From Octopus vulgaris (lineage: Eukaryota), in the NCBI GenBank assembly GCA_951406725.2, contig OX597828.1, positions 49,910,001 to 49,974,000 of the forward strand: a DNA stretch of 64,000 nucleotides, read 5' to 3'. Within the stretch, counting starts at the first letter, position 1, and each line of letters begins with the position of its first letter. Below are positions 40,576 to 53,006 of this stretch, one piece after another. The notes under the pieces were generated by a model. That model saw only the letters and a program-made list of their open reading frames with translations. It was not told the origin of the DNA and did not search any database. The position numbers were made by a program, and so were the translations under genes.

Positions 40576-41270
40576 TATAAAATGATATATTTTATAGTAT
40601 AGTATAGTATAGCATTGAAAGAATTGTCTATTATGATTGTCAGTTGACAAACACTAAGCATGGGCTAAACTGGAGTTAACTAGAACCAAAATTTAACTGT
40701 TTTAACACAGAAACAAGGATAAATAAATTACATGTCTTAAACATATGTAAATCTGAATATATAGTTACATCTCTGTGTATTTAGTCCCACTGTGAAAGCA
40801 GACTCTTGTGTTCTGACTACAGGGTGCCTAATTTCATGGTGAGACTAAGTACTTACGGCTATGATTCCATTTACATCTGTATTCATAACACATGCTGCTA
40901 CTCTTATTATTAGACATGCATGCAACGTGTCTTTACAAAACTGAAATCATAAACACCTTTGCAATTACCTAGGAACACACAGACATGAACACACACAGCA
41001 GCTATTAAAAACAACTGTTTTGATGGGGTGTCAAAGAAGCCTTTTAATAGGAATTTGGCAGATGAGCACCAAACAAAACTATCCCTTAGACTTTGTATAT
41101 TCAGAGGTGATTGACTGAAATGTCTTTTAGTCTTCATAAATTCAGAACTGACCCACAAAACAATCTCTTAGACTTGTATATTTACAGGTGGGCCTTTGTT
41201 ATCTGATTAATGTGTATGTGTATGTTGATTTATATAAGTTTTTCTGTTAACACACACACACGTGCGTGCG

Positions 41271-41315
<45 letters not shown>

Positions 41316-41591
41316 GATTCAGGTATGAAAAGGTTTCATTATTGTGTTGAAGTAAAATGTAATTACGATCAAACATGATATGGTGTGTAACACAAAACAC
41401 TCACAGATACACCATATATACACACACACATGCGCGTGTGCATGAGACATATGCACATGCACGCAACATACATGCACATGCAGATAGTATCCCTATTTTA
41501 TGATACAGATATACTATGGTGCCACTACATTTCTCTGGTGACCTACTTCAAGTTGTATATTGATTTTATAACTGTGTTAGTGTTGGCAGTA

Positions 41592-41630
<39 letters not shown>

Positions 41631-42106
41631 TGCATACACACACACGCCCCCTCACACACATACATCATTCTGGTATTACTTCAACACATATATATTCTTT
41701 TACTGCAGTTTGGCTTTTGCTTATTGAAAAATAAAAAAAAAAAATAAACAAACATTGATTAAATAATTGCTATGTAGGAGTTTACATCAATAATTTGTAT
41801 ACAAAAAAAGCAAATGCAAGAAACCTCCAAACTATTAAAACTGGAGTGTTGATTGTAGTCTTTCACGCAGTAAATTAGTATTTGAATTACTAAATGATGG
41901 TGTAAAAAAATCTATATTTCTCTTACTTATGTATTATAATTTTTCATTTTAATTCTAAGAAGTTAAATCTAAAATGGTTGCTTAAAGTTCGTCTCTCCAT
42001 GTTATTCTGTTATTCCAATAATTCAACTCCTTTGGTAATTAGCTAATATTTGAAGTCTGATAAATTTCTTGATAAAATAACTCTCTCACACACACACACA
42101 CATGTG

Positions 42107-42151
<45 letters not shown>

Positions 42152-42619
42152 ATGATCCTCATTTTACACCTGCTTTCTATGCTAGCATGGTTTGAAATGT
42201 GTGTGTGTGTTACTGTATGGCTACCCCATTCCTCCACAGTCACCTATTGCATTGTGAGCACTCCTTGCAACATTATGGAGAGGCATTTCTACACAACCCT
42301 AATGAAGGCAAGGCAACCTAGCAAGGGTTTTGTCTATGGCACATGACTCTAATAAAATTCTGATGTAGACTCTGAAAACGGCAAAGATGGTAATCCGTTT
42401 AGGGGAGCAGTCACTCTGGATTAAAACTGAGGCAGCATAGAGGATGACACTTCACTCAAGTCAGACAATTTCTTTAGTGTTGGTGACATAGTGATATGCA
42501 CTCCATCCATGTGTTAAAGTATATTCAGCTGTAAAAAAAAGTATGTCCAAATCCTGGGAGCCAGATCAATGAAGAACTGTATATATGGTATATAGGACTA
42601 ATACTGTATATATGGTAAG

Positions 42620-42850
42620 CCAAGTGAAATTGTAGCCATGGCAGATACTGGCGTCACACAACTGGCACCCATGCTGGTGGCATGTAAAAGCACCCATTAC
42701 ACTCTTGGAGTGGTTGGAATTAAGAAGGGCAGCTAGCCATAGAAACCATGCCCAATTAGACTGGAGTCTGGTGTAGCCCCTCAGCTTACAAGCCCTGGTC
42801 AAACCATCCAACCCATGCCAGCATGGACAACAAATGTTAAATGATGATGT
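42620..42850 (+). mobile_element. Diverged family A copy
   Basis: ggagtggttggaattaagaagggcagctagcc...acccatgccagcatgga...gatgatg. Confidence 0.7.
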
Positions 42851-42859
42851 GGAGGAGGA

Positions 42860-43175
42860 CTACATGGTGTACACGAAAAGTTGGTGGCCAGGTGAGGACA
42901 TTTGGTTGTGTGTGAGAACCCCTTGACTATCACCACATGATTGCACTAGCTCTCTTGCCAAAAATAAACACCAAGCAAGCAGAACATCATCAGAAACTCT
43001 CCCTTTCTTGTCAGGTGCAAAACCTCTGGGCCACCATCTTCAATGTTGGCATGATGGAAGGTAGGTCTAGAGAGAATGTTGAAAAATTAGAGAAGAGGCA
43101 ACTACATGTGTACTGTATACATGGGATAAGACAGAGAGGAACTTCAGCCTAATTCCTCATAAGCAAGAAACTGTC
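42860..43175 (+). mobile_element. RTE-like LINE ORF start (endonuclease N-terminus), degenerate
   Basis: TIFNVGMMEGRSRENVEKLEKRQLHVYCI resembles the RTE TxNVGTxxGRSxExxxxLxxRxxDxxC motif. Confidence 0.6.
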
Positions 43176-43799
43176 ATGGGTTGGAGAGGTAATTTATTGT
43201 CCAAGTCATTTCTTTTTCAGAATGACTGCCTTCTTACACAGATTAGGGAACCACATCTTGTGGATTCTATTTTGGTATGAGATGGCAGTAGTGATGGTGG
43301 TGGTAAGAGAGAGAATGGGTGGTAGGAGGATGTGATGGTAGGAGAAAGAGGTAGAGTGAATAAGGAGTGATATTTGGAGAGAGGTAAAGTGATAAAAGGG
43401 TGATGGTGGAGTGATTGGATAGGAACAGAGCAAGTGAAGTGCCATTCCTTGATATGCAAGTTATGTATAAAGAATAGGAGAGAATAACAAAGAAGGTGAT
43501 GTAGCAGGGACCAAGGTTGACTTCACCATTCATCCTTTCGGGGTCGATAAAATAAGTACCTGTTGAACACTAAGGTTGATGTAATCGACTTACCCTGCCC
43601 TTGAAATTTCTAGCCTTGTGCCAAAATGGGAAACCAATATTTGGTATCGTTTGATGTCATGTGTACCAAGAAAAGACAGAAAGAAACGGTTTTTCTGTGT
43701 TCTCAGATGTGAGGATTAGAAGTGTGATGTGTGTTTGGGTTGTGAAATTGGGACCCTAGATGTAGCTGTTAGGTTTTGTTACCAAGGCGACCAAATGAG

Positions 43800-44295
43800 T
43801 GACCAAAGTAAAAATGGAGTAGAATAGTTCTGGTAGCCATTACTTGTGCTGGCAACAAAAGGATTCTCTTTCTGAGTGAAGGACAGATTGATATTTGTGT
43901 AGAAAACACAATACTTCATGTTAATAATATATTAGTGTTGCGTGTAGAAGCCTGAGAAGACATGAGATGAACATGCTACACTAAACATATGACAAAGGAG
44001 AAATGAGCTGAGAGAAAATCTAGGTATTAAAGGAAATGAAAGAGAAGACTGTACTATTCTGGAGATATAATGTTTATGGAGGATGGTGATGATGAGGATA
44101 AAGAAGTATCAGATAATCCGAGTGGAGGGAGACCGTGAAAGACATGTGAAGAAGAAATGGTGGAAGATAACCTCAGGAAGCTGATTCTAATGAAGGTGAT
44201 GACAAGGAATTACAAGTGGTGAGATGTGCTCCTGGAGAAATCTCACTCACTCCATGTAAGGATGGGAAACTAAATGTAAAATGATGTTGATGTAA
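43800..44295 (+). mobile_element. Degenerate RTE-like LINE 3' end
   Basis: ELRENLGI-like and GRPxKT-like remnants. Ends in ccatgtaaggatgggaaactaaatgtaaaatgatgttgatg, which resembles the (GAT)n-tailed SINE end. Confidence 0.5.
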
Positions 44296-45189
44296 AATAG
44301 AAGATTTATATGCACAATTTATATTATTTTCATCTAATATAGAGATGGTGAAGCTGCGGCTTAAATGTAAAACACTGGCTATATGCTTTCCATTAGTTCA
44401 AGTCCTGTTAAAGTCTAGTTTTCATCCTTTCAGTATGAAAGATATACCAGTAATATACTGAATACACCTCCCCTAAAACACTTTGGCTTTATGTTTAATG
44501 CTAAGAAATGAATAATTGTTTATGAAAACTCAGTTTCTATCTTTTGTTATCTTGTGAATACTGATATCATTTTATTAGGTTCAGATGTCCTACTTATTTT
44601 GATTCTTTGATTATATTTTGTCAGAGACCTTCACTCAGAACTGTTGAATAATGGACCATAAACAACTGTATATATTGTGAAGATATAATGTCAATACACT
44701 TGTGTGGCATTGTTTCCTATTTTACATTTTATACACTGTAAACATACAACAATATCATTTCAATATCAAATGATGTTCTACTTCTTGTTCTCCTGCTCCA
44801 TCGCTGTTCTAAGGTCATCACCTATTTATAACACTCTCTGAACTGCTACAATTACTAGCAATCATTTGATTGTATCTAATGTGGAGGACATCTGTCTCAC
44901 CTCACCTCACTCTCAACTTGGTATTGTTGTTTAGCCCAAGGTCAGCTCTGGTCAAACACATACATGCTGAAAGGCATTCCAACCACGACCATACTATCTT
45001 TTTCTTAGATATGGTGCATTTAAGATCACGTGATGCTGTGTATTCTTCTTTCCCATATGGTATGGTTTGGTTTGCTATTTTTTTTTTCTAGAAGCAAACA
45101 AAATGCTTTACTGATGTTTTATACTGACAATCTCAACCCATCCTAGATAGTTAAGTGTTTCATTGTAACACAACAAAGTGACCTGATTT

Positions 45190-46480
45190 GATCTGACCTG
45201 ACAGTGTCCCTGAAATAGGGTTAGAGTTAGCACCTATCAATATCTTTGGAAACTTGCTATTATGTCTCATAGCCAAGAAAGGCAACTTCCAATAGATAAG
45301 GGATGAAAATTGTCACAATCACCTGCTTCATCACTTTACTTCACTCTCCGCCTCATAAATTACTGGCATTGCTTCTACAGAGCAGCCTCTTGTAGAGAAT
45401 TGTTCTCTTATGTATCTCATCATTGGTCTCCTTAACTGCAGCAAAATCAGTGTTGTTACTATCAACATTTAGCAACTCATTCAACCATATTTGGCATGAA
45501 AGCTTCTTGACTAATGCACCTGTTACTCAGATTTATCTGCCTTTCATTTTTTAATTTGAAGTTTTCTCAGATTACACCATTGCACTATTTACCAATGCTC
45601 CAGTCCATATGCTTGCAACTCTGATGCACTCCACATTGCAGTTGTATCTCCTAACGACACACAATTTTACGCAGATAATATTATTAATCAGTCTTGCTGG
45701 ACATTCTGCTCACAGGTGTTGTCCTCATGTAACCTACACACTTCACAACTGACCGTTACTGCTTCCACTGATTGGTGGGCAAAGACTGACCTTTACTGCT
45801 TCTATCAACAGAAAGCGTCGCAATACCCTTCAATGGGAAGATGATGGCTTAATCTCCTGCAATAGCACAAAGACCCAATCACTACAGACATCAAAGAAAT
45901 ACTTCTTTACATTCCATTCACTGCAACCTTAATACCTCACCACACTTAACATACAGTGTCTGTATGAGAGGAGACGTCAAGAATATCCTTCATTGGGAAC
46001 ACAACAATTCAATTTTATTTCAATATCACAACTATATAACTCCTGCTGACATCAAAGAGACGGAGGTATACCTTACATTTACTAGTTAAGAATAGTACAA
46101 TCTAGATACCACACAACACTAGACCTACACTGTCTCCATAATAACATTCTTTCAATGGGGACATAACCATACATAATCGCTACACACATATCAAGGAAAC
46201 ATTCTCTACCTTACACCTATCCTATGCATAAATAACTAAACCCCTCAGAGTTACCACAAATGCTAGACCTCACTATCTTTGATGATCTATCTTGGAAACC
46301 TCATGTACATACGAATGGTATTGCCAAAATTGTATCTCAAAGATAGGGCTTTAGTATAACAAATATATTTGTCATGATCATTTGTTGAGCCTCTGGAGAT
46401 TCCAAATAAAACTCATATTAGAGTACTACCTACTTCCAGGGGCTGGTCCTGCTGCTAAAAATGTATACATGTCATAGACC
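45190..46480 (+). mobile_element. Highly degraded L2/CR1-like reverse transcriptase remnants
   Basis: WKLAI..KKGN near 45250 and LTIFDDLSWKPHV near 46270. The intervening sequence could not be interpreted. Confidence 0.35.
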
Positions 46481-47140
46481 ACATTGCACAATGACAAATG
46501 TCTATAGGACCATCTTGTTTATGACACAAACATCCCAGACCACATTAACAGTGTCATCTGTATCTACGAGATGGTGTTGCTGTTACATAAACAGAAACAC
46601 CCTAAGCTACATTAGATGCCATATCCACATCTAATGTAGTCTGCGATGTCTGTGTATAGCAACATACCTATCAGACAGTACTGATGCTGCTACAAACACA
46701 AACATTTAAAGTATGGTAAATCCTTCATGAAACATTATTGTTTGAGTAAAAAGATTATTTTGAGGTACCAGCATTTTTTTTTAATAGTTTGATCAAAACA
46801 TTAATCTAGTTCACTCATCTTATCTTCTTTCAGTACCAGAGGATTCCAATTAGCTACTAATAATTTTATATTTTTTAACATTTTCTATTCAGTTTCTAAT
46901 TGTAATCTAAAAAATGTTAAAATATCTTCCTTCTAAAGTTTTTTTATTTAATAAGATAGTCAAAACAAGTTGCAATCAGGACTGGCTGTAGAGTTGTGGC
47001 ATCCTGAACAAACTGAAGTTCAGTGCCGCTACAAGCAAATGTTTATTATCATTATATACAAGAAGCTAAAGAGAACAGTTGAAACGTGGCATCAGAATTT
47101 GAAACCTTTTCATTACTGTAACAGAGAGAGAGTGAGAGTG

Positions 47141-47175
<35 letters not shown>

Positions 47176-48892
47176 GTGAATGTATTACGTGCAATAATCT
47201 CAAGGTATTTTTGTTACAACCAAACATTGGGTTGTGGATGGGTGAGTGAGAGGAAGTCCAAAGTGTGCTGTTGATCTTTGTAGATGTAACAATAGGAACA
47301 AAGGAACAGACATTGTACTACAACCTTCAGTCTAGCTAAAACATTTTTATTTTCCTTGACATTAAATCTGCAAATGTTCTCATAGCACTTTTGATAGCTT
47401 TTCCTTTTCTTCAGGCAGCATTTTCTATTGAGAAAATTACTAAAAAATTTAATCTGTCTTGTGTCATGGAGGACCAGAAATATGTCTTAAAACTTTAGAT
47501 TACTAAAGCTTCTCTCCTCTCTCAGCCACAGTTATAGATATTGTAACACAATCCACAGATTTGGGATGACTTCTTCATCATTTCATGTTCACTTTCCCAT
47601 GCTGGCATCCAATGGGCTGGAGGAATGTGTCTTGCCAATACTTGGCATGATTTCTATGACTGGATGCCCTCCTTAATGTCGGTCATTTTGCAGACTGTAC
47701 TGGGTGATTTTTTTTGTGGCACCAGTACTAGTGAGAGTGTAGTTTGCAAGACTAAACAGCTTCTCTTGACTAAGAGGGAAAAGAAAAGATAAGAGGGAGA
47801 GGGAGAGAGAGAGAGAGAGAGTTGTTTTTATGCAGAGTGTTGAGATTTTTATGATGGGAGAAACAGGTGCAAGTTTATTGTTGTGGAGGAGAGTCAAGGC
47901 TATCCCACATTGTGTGTGGTTAACTGGAGGTGGATTGAGTGGCGCCAGAAAGTGAGATAAAGATGGTGCTGGTGAGAAAGCAGAATGTACCCTCAAGGTA
48001 ATATGTTCGAGAAGGTGAATAGAAAAGTGTGGAGACGGTTACAGTCTATAATTTATTACTGTGGAGGAATCTAACACCATCTATCAGAAGCTTTACATCT
48101 CCAGGAAATAATTCTTTAGCGAGATTTAGTTCAGTGAAGGCATCACATCCGTTATTATCACTATTTTCTTGCTACCTTAACTTACTTATCCACCAAACCT
48201 TCACATATTAATTCCAGTTTATTTTTATCTAGAAAATTCTTTTGATGTTATTTCAAAAATCCCCATGTGTTATTGAAACTTTGCAACTGTTCAAATCTCT
48301 TTGATAAAGAATTAATAACTGTATCAGGTATTATGTTTCACACATGATTTCGAAACATTTCTTTTAGGGTCATTGGTGTTTGGAATCTTGCCAAAGCCTT
48401 TATATTCAAATTCCCCCTTTTTTTCAGCATATTCTTTTACTTCTAAAATTGGGCTATACATCCAATTCTCTAGCTAATTCTTTTGCTCGTGCTTGTTCTC
48501 TTCATGCCCATTTGCATGATAATTAATTAATTAGTAAACTCTTCATTAATGAACTTTGGTAGACAATTCCACAGAGGCACTCCTGCACAGCTTTGCTGAC
48601 AACATTTACTCTGCCTAAAACATCATCAGTAACATTCACCACCACCATCATCATCATCATCATTAGAAGAGGGCAAATTTGGCAGCTGTTAGAACATCAC
48701 ATAGAATGTCTTGTGATATTTGTTGTGGCCCTCGGTACTCTAAGTGTAAATCACACTAAAGCCAACTTTGTTTTTCTTTCATTTGGGGTTAGTAAATAAA
48801 ATACTAGTACTGAGGTTGGTTTCCTTTCTCTGTTATATGAGACCAGGGAAGGAGTGTTCACATCAAGGCCCCACCAACACTGTGGATGCAAC

Positions 48893-48937
<45 letters not shown>

Positions 48938-49198
48938 ACTATCATCACTAGAAAACTAATTTTCTGTTTACAAGTTTCTAATTCATGTTGCATTGCAGAA
49001 TCAAAAGCAGGCATTTCTGTGAGTTTATTAAAAGCATCTTGAATTCTGCTAATTTTATGCTTAATTGCTTTGACACTTTCTAATCTGGGCTGTCATCTAC
49101 CCTTCTACAAATATCACGCAGTATGTCATTTAATGTCTTGTTTTCATTATATGCCACCACCCAGAAGCTAAAAACAAAACACATAAGTGCTGGACAAT

Positions 49199-49577
49199 GG
49201 TGATGGAAGCACTCCGTTGGTTATGACGATGAGGGTTCCGGTTGATCCGAATCAACGGAACAGCCTGCTCGTGAAATTAACGTGTAAGTGGCTGAGCACT
49301 CCACAGACACGTGCACCCTTAACGTAGTTCTCGGAGATATTCAGCGTGACACAGAGAGTGACAAGGCAGGCCCCTTGAAATACAGGTACAACAGAAACAG
49401 GAAGTAAGAGTGAGAGAAAGAGTACAGCAGGGATCACCACCATCCCCTGCCAGAGCCTCGTGGAGCTTTTAGGTGTTTTTGCTCAATAAACACTCACAAC
49501 GCCCGGTCTGGGAATCGAAACCGCGATCCTATGACCGCGAGTCCGCTGCCCTAACCACTGGGCCATTGCGCCTCCAC
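49199..49577 (-). mobile_element. tRNA-derived SINE family D, young, with TSD
   Basis: gctggacaat at 49189-49198 and 49578-49587. Head with A box tggcccagtgg and B box ggtttcgattcc on the minus strand. Confidence 0.92.
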
Positions 49578-50149
49578 GCTGGACAATATCCAGAATCAAG
49601 GTAGACACCTAAAAATTTGTTACAGTATCACCAACCACAAAGTTCAGACTTTGACATCCACAAGGCATATGAAATTCCTGTGGATTTCCCATTATGACCT
49701 GTGTCTGTACTCTTTATCCTTTCCTTTCACAATTCTTTGTGTTTACCATAATTTCTTTGACTTCATCATTCATGATCAAAGATGCATTTCCTTTCCTTTC
49801 ACTTCACAACTTCATGTTCTGCTTCTGAAGTTACTGCTTTAAACCATGTGCAGTCAACCAGTTTATGAGTAGAGAGGACTTTGAAAAGTAACATCTAATA
49901 TTTTCTCTTTCACTTTGCACATTCCTGCTGAAAAGCGAATGAATTTCCTTGACTGACTCAGAAACTACCCACCTTAACCTCCCCCTGCCACTCCCATGCT
50001 CATCTGCAATATTTTAAAATAAGCTTGACTTCACTCAAGGGATTTCCATATTTTGTATTTCATTTTATTCATTATTTTCACATTTTTCTCTTTGTATTTA
50101 GAAGATCCCAAATACTTGATGTGGTGCCCTGTGCTCCTGCCTTGGTTGC

Positions 50150-50665
50150 AGGGACCTTTAGCTAACCTTGGCAATGACCTCCTTCTCTAGTGTTGGACAA
50201 CTCACTGAAAACCTTCAAATTCACTCCACTCTCATCTGTAACAACAGAAACTGCATCCCAAAGACTAACCTTCTTCTCTAATGACAGAAATCACTTCAGT
50301 TCCATAACATTTCTATAAAACACAAGCAAGAATACTATTGCCCACATTGGTAACAGTGCTTACAGATATCCTTAAATACATTTCAGACCAATACATTGTA
50401 ACTTCTGTGCCTCAGATGTGCTGTCTCCTCATTCTGGATTTTCTACAACTACAATAATGGCTCCTCCACTGCCTTCTCTTCCACCATTACTCCAATGATG
50501 TAAACTACCCCAACCGAAGCCATCTTCTGACACATCTGTCTCCCCTATCCCAGCTCCTACATCATAAAATCCTTCTTTCCCAGAATATCTTACATCTGGA
50601 ACTGCCTTTCTATTCACATTCTTTTCTTGTAGTTGTTCAAACTAAACCTCATCAATCTCACCAAT
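50150..50665 (+). mobile_element. Old L2/CR1-like LINE 3' remnant
   Basis: Degenerate AVSS..FYNYNNG and KSFFPRISYIWNCL pieces resemble the SFFxRxxxxWNxLP C-terminal motif. Confidence 0.5.
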
Positions 50666-51192
50666 TTGGAAGAAGGGGACAGCAACTGCCTCCTGATGAG
50701 CTGTTGACTTTTTTGATACCAACTGTCCTGAGCCTGCCCCTGCTTTTATAAAAAGAATAATTTTTTTAAAGTTATATAAATTTAAACCATTCATCAATAT
50801 TCCATGTTAATTTATGTTCCAAACAAAGGTGGTGAGCTGGCACAATTGTTGCTATGCTGGGCAAAATACTTAGTGGCATTTCATCTGACTTCAGGCTCTG
50901 CGTCCAAATTGTGCCAAGGTCAACTTTGCCTTTCATCCTTTTGGGGTTGATAAAATAAGTACCAGTCAAGTGTTGGGTCGATGTAATTGACTTACTCCCT
51001 CCTCTGAAATTGCTGACCTTGTGCCAAAATTTGAAACCAATTTCTGTTTCAAGCACCAGTTTAAGAAGAGCAAAGTTATTTAACTAAAATTTTTCAAAGT
51101 TAATTGAAGCAGTGTGTTAGAACAAAAATATGGTAATGAAAGGATTAAATATCAGTGTTATTAAATTGTGTGTGTTTATTTTCTTTGTGCAG

Positions 51193-51311
51193 GGCCTCCA
51201 AATCCTGATAACCTACCTGAAGACGGAAAATTAAAAACAAAAACCATGGTTAAAGATAACAGACGTTATTATCTTGATTTAAAAGAAAATCAACGTGGCC
51301 GATTTTTAAGG
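51193..51311 (+). CDS. PURA: Pur-alpha exon (repeat II, N-half): (G)[39 protein letters not shown]
   Basis: Acceptor tgcag ending at 51192 and donor gtaag at 51312. [15 protein letters not shown] is the PUR repeat II signature. Phases are compatible (1 to 0). Confidence 0.96.
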
Positions 51312-51750
51312 GTAAGTGTTTGGTTGTGTGTTATATCAAGGAATTTAGTTTAGTTTATGCATTCTTTGAATTCTTGAAGTTGCCAGTTTTATCAGTTTAT
51401 TCTTTTATTTCCTTTTTATTCATTGATTTACCACAAGTTATTGCATCAGTGTGTACCGCTGCTTAAGGTATCATAATTTATATTTAGTTTAAGTGTTTGG
51501 AGGTAGAATTCCAGTTGTAGCTATAAAGCCTAGTTTAAAGTGAATTTGTGTGTGATAACTGTTGTTTGGAAGTTATGCCTAGTCTGTTGCTATAAAGCAA
51601 CTTTATGATCATCTCCCTCTGATTTTTACATTTCAGATGAAAAACAATTCATACATAAGTTGCCTCTGGCTGCATGTTACTTGGGATTGTAACATTGTGC
51701 ATGGTGGGTGTGTTTGGGTGTGTGTGCATTTTATATTTCCCATCCAATAC

Positions 51751-52195
51751 TATTGGAACCTATAAATAATGTGGTTCTTTTATACTTCATTTATTTTTCA
51801 AGATTAAGATAAACAAAGGTCTTTTTTAATCTAAAATATACTCTCCTTCATTTTCGACAATGCTCTTCCATCTATTTGGTAGACTTGCAAGGCCCTTCTT
51901 CCAAAATTCACTTGTCCGTGACAAAAAATACTCCTCTAGTATTGTTCTGACCTCGTCTGCAGAATTCATATTTTTTCCATCCAAATGATATTGAAGATTG
52001 CGGAATAAATAATAATCAGATGGGGCAATGTCCAGCAAATATGGTGGGTGGGGCATCGTTTCCCATTCAAACTGTTCCAGCCTTTAGAATGTCATCTTTG
52101 CTGTATGTGGCTGGGCATTATCATGATGGAAGAATGCCTTTCGTCTTGAAACCAAAGATGGTCGTTTTTCTTCTTGTGCTGACTGTAGCATCTTG
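51751..52195 (-). mobile_element. Mariner transposase 3' fragment
   Basis: ORF 51826-52056, MPHPPYLLDIAPSDYYLFRNLQ...LPNRWKSIVENEGEYILD, matches the HPPYSPDLAPSDY motif and mariner C-terminus. Confidence 0.9.
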
Positions 52196-52291
52196 CAGTA
52201 GATCTCCTTTCTATGACATTCTAAGTTGCAACCATTGTATTTCTCTATTCACAACAGCATCTATTGAGCCTATACCATTTCTTTGATCCAG

Positions 52292-52412
52292 GTGTCACAA
52301 ACAATTCCAAGAGGTGGACCTAGAACACACATTGCTATTCCTGCTCAAGGTATGATAGAATTTAGGGATGCCCTGACAGATTTACTGGATGAATTTGGGA
52401 TTGAAGATCATG
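52292..52412 (+). CDS. PURA: Pur-alpha exon (repeat II, C-half): [40 protein letters not shown](D)
   Basis: Acceptor ccag ending at 52291 and donor gtaag at 52413. Contains the [18 protein letters not shown] motif. Phases 0 to 1. Confidence 0.96.
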
Positions 52413-52902
52413 GTAAGTTCCTAGTGTAATAATTTTTCTATTTAGATTTATACTTTTAATTCTGTTTTATTCAGTAGCATAGTTAGAGCCCGTGCCACCT
52501 GGGGCAGCTCCTGAGTTTGGCATTCCCCTCTTCCCTCCCTCAACCCTCAAACCTATACAGCAGACCCAAAAGTACTGACCCCTATAAAGTCATTGCCAAG
52601 GACAGCTTCCCTGTTACTCCTACTGCACTATTGATTTTAATATTTGACCAGGATCAAGGCTAAGGTTACCCCAACACTAGGGATAAGGTTAAAATCTGGG
52701 AAATATTTTCTTCTGTTGCATCTTTCTTTTTCAGTCTCTTTCACTCTATCTCTCTCAAAACTACACAGAGAGCCAACACTGGATTTGAACTTGGAACTCT
52801 GGTTAGATGTTGTGCATCTTAATGTGACATTCTAATTTCATGCCTGTTTGTCAGTGATCTAGTCGAGCAGAATTGACTGGTCATCTATCTCATGTCTTTC
52901 AG

Positions 52903-53006
52903 ATCGCAGTGAGTTACCAGAAAACAGAACGGCTCGTGTAGAAGGGAAAATATTTTACTTTGATGTTGGTTCTAATGCTCGGGGTGTATTTTTGCGGCTA
53001 ACAGAG
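52903..53006 (+). CDS. PURA: Pur-alpha exon (repeat III, N-half): (D)RSELPENRTARVEGKIFYFDVGSNARGVFLRLTE
   Basis: Acceptor tttcag ending at 52902 and donor gtagg at 53007. FYFDVGSNxxGVF is the repeat III signature. Confidence 0.95.

Noticed and set aside
48029-48480. Possible minus-strand RT or DNA-transposase remnants
   Set aside because: Only vague motif resemblance by eye, so it cannot be assigned without a profile search.
52908-52909. Alternative AG acceptor 7 nt into the exon
   Set aside because: It would shift the reading frame and destroy repeat III, and there is no supporting evidence.
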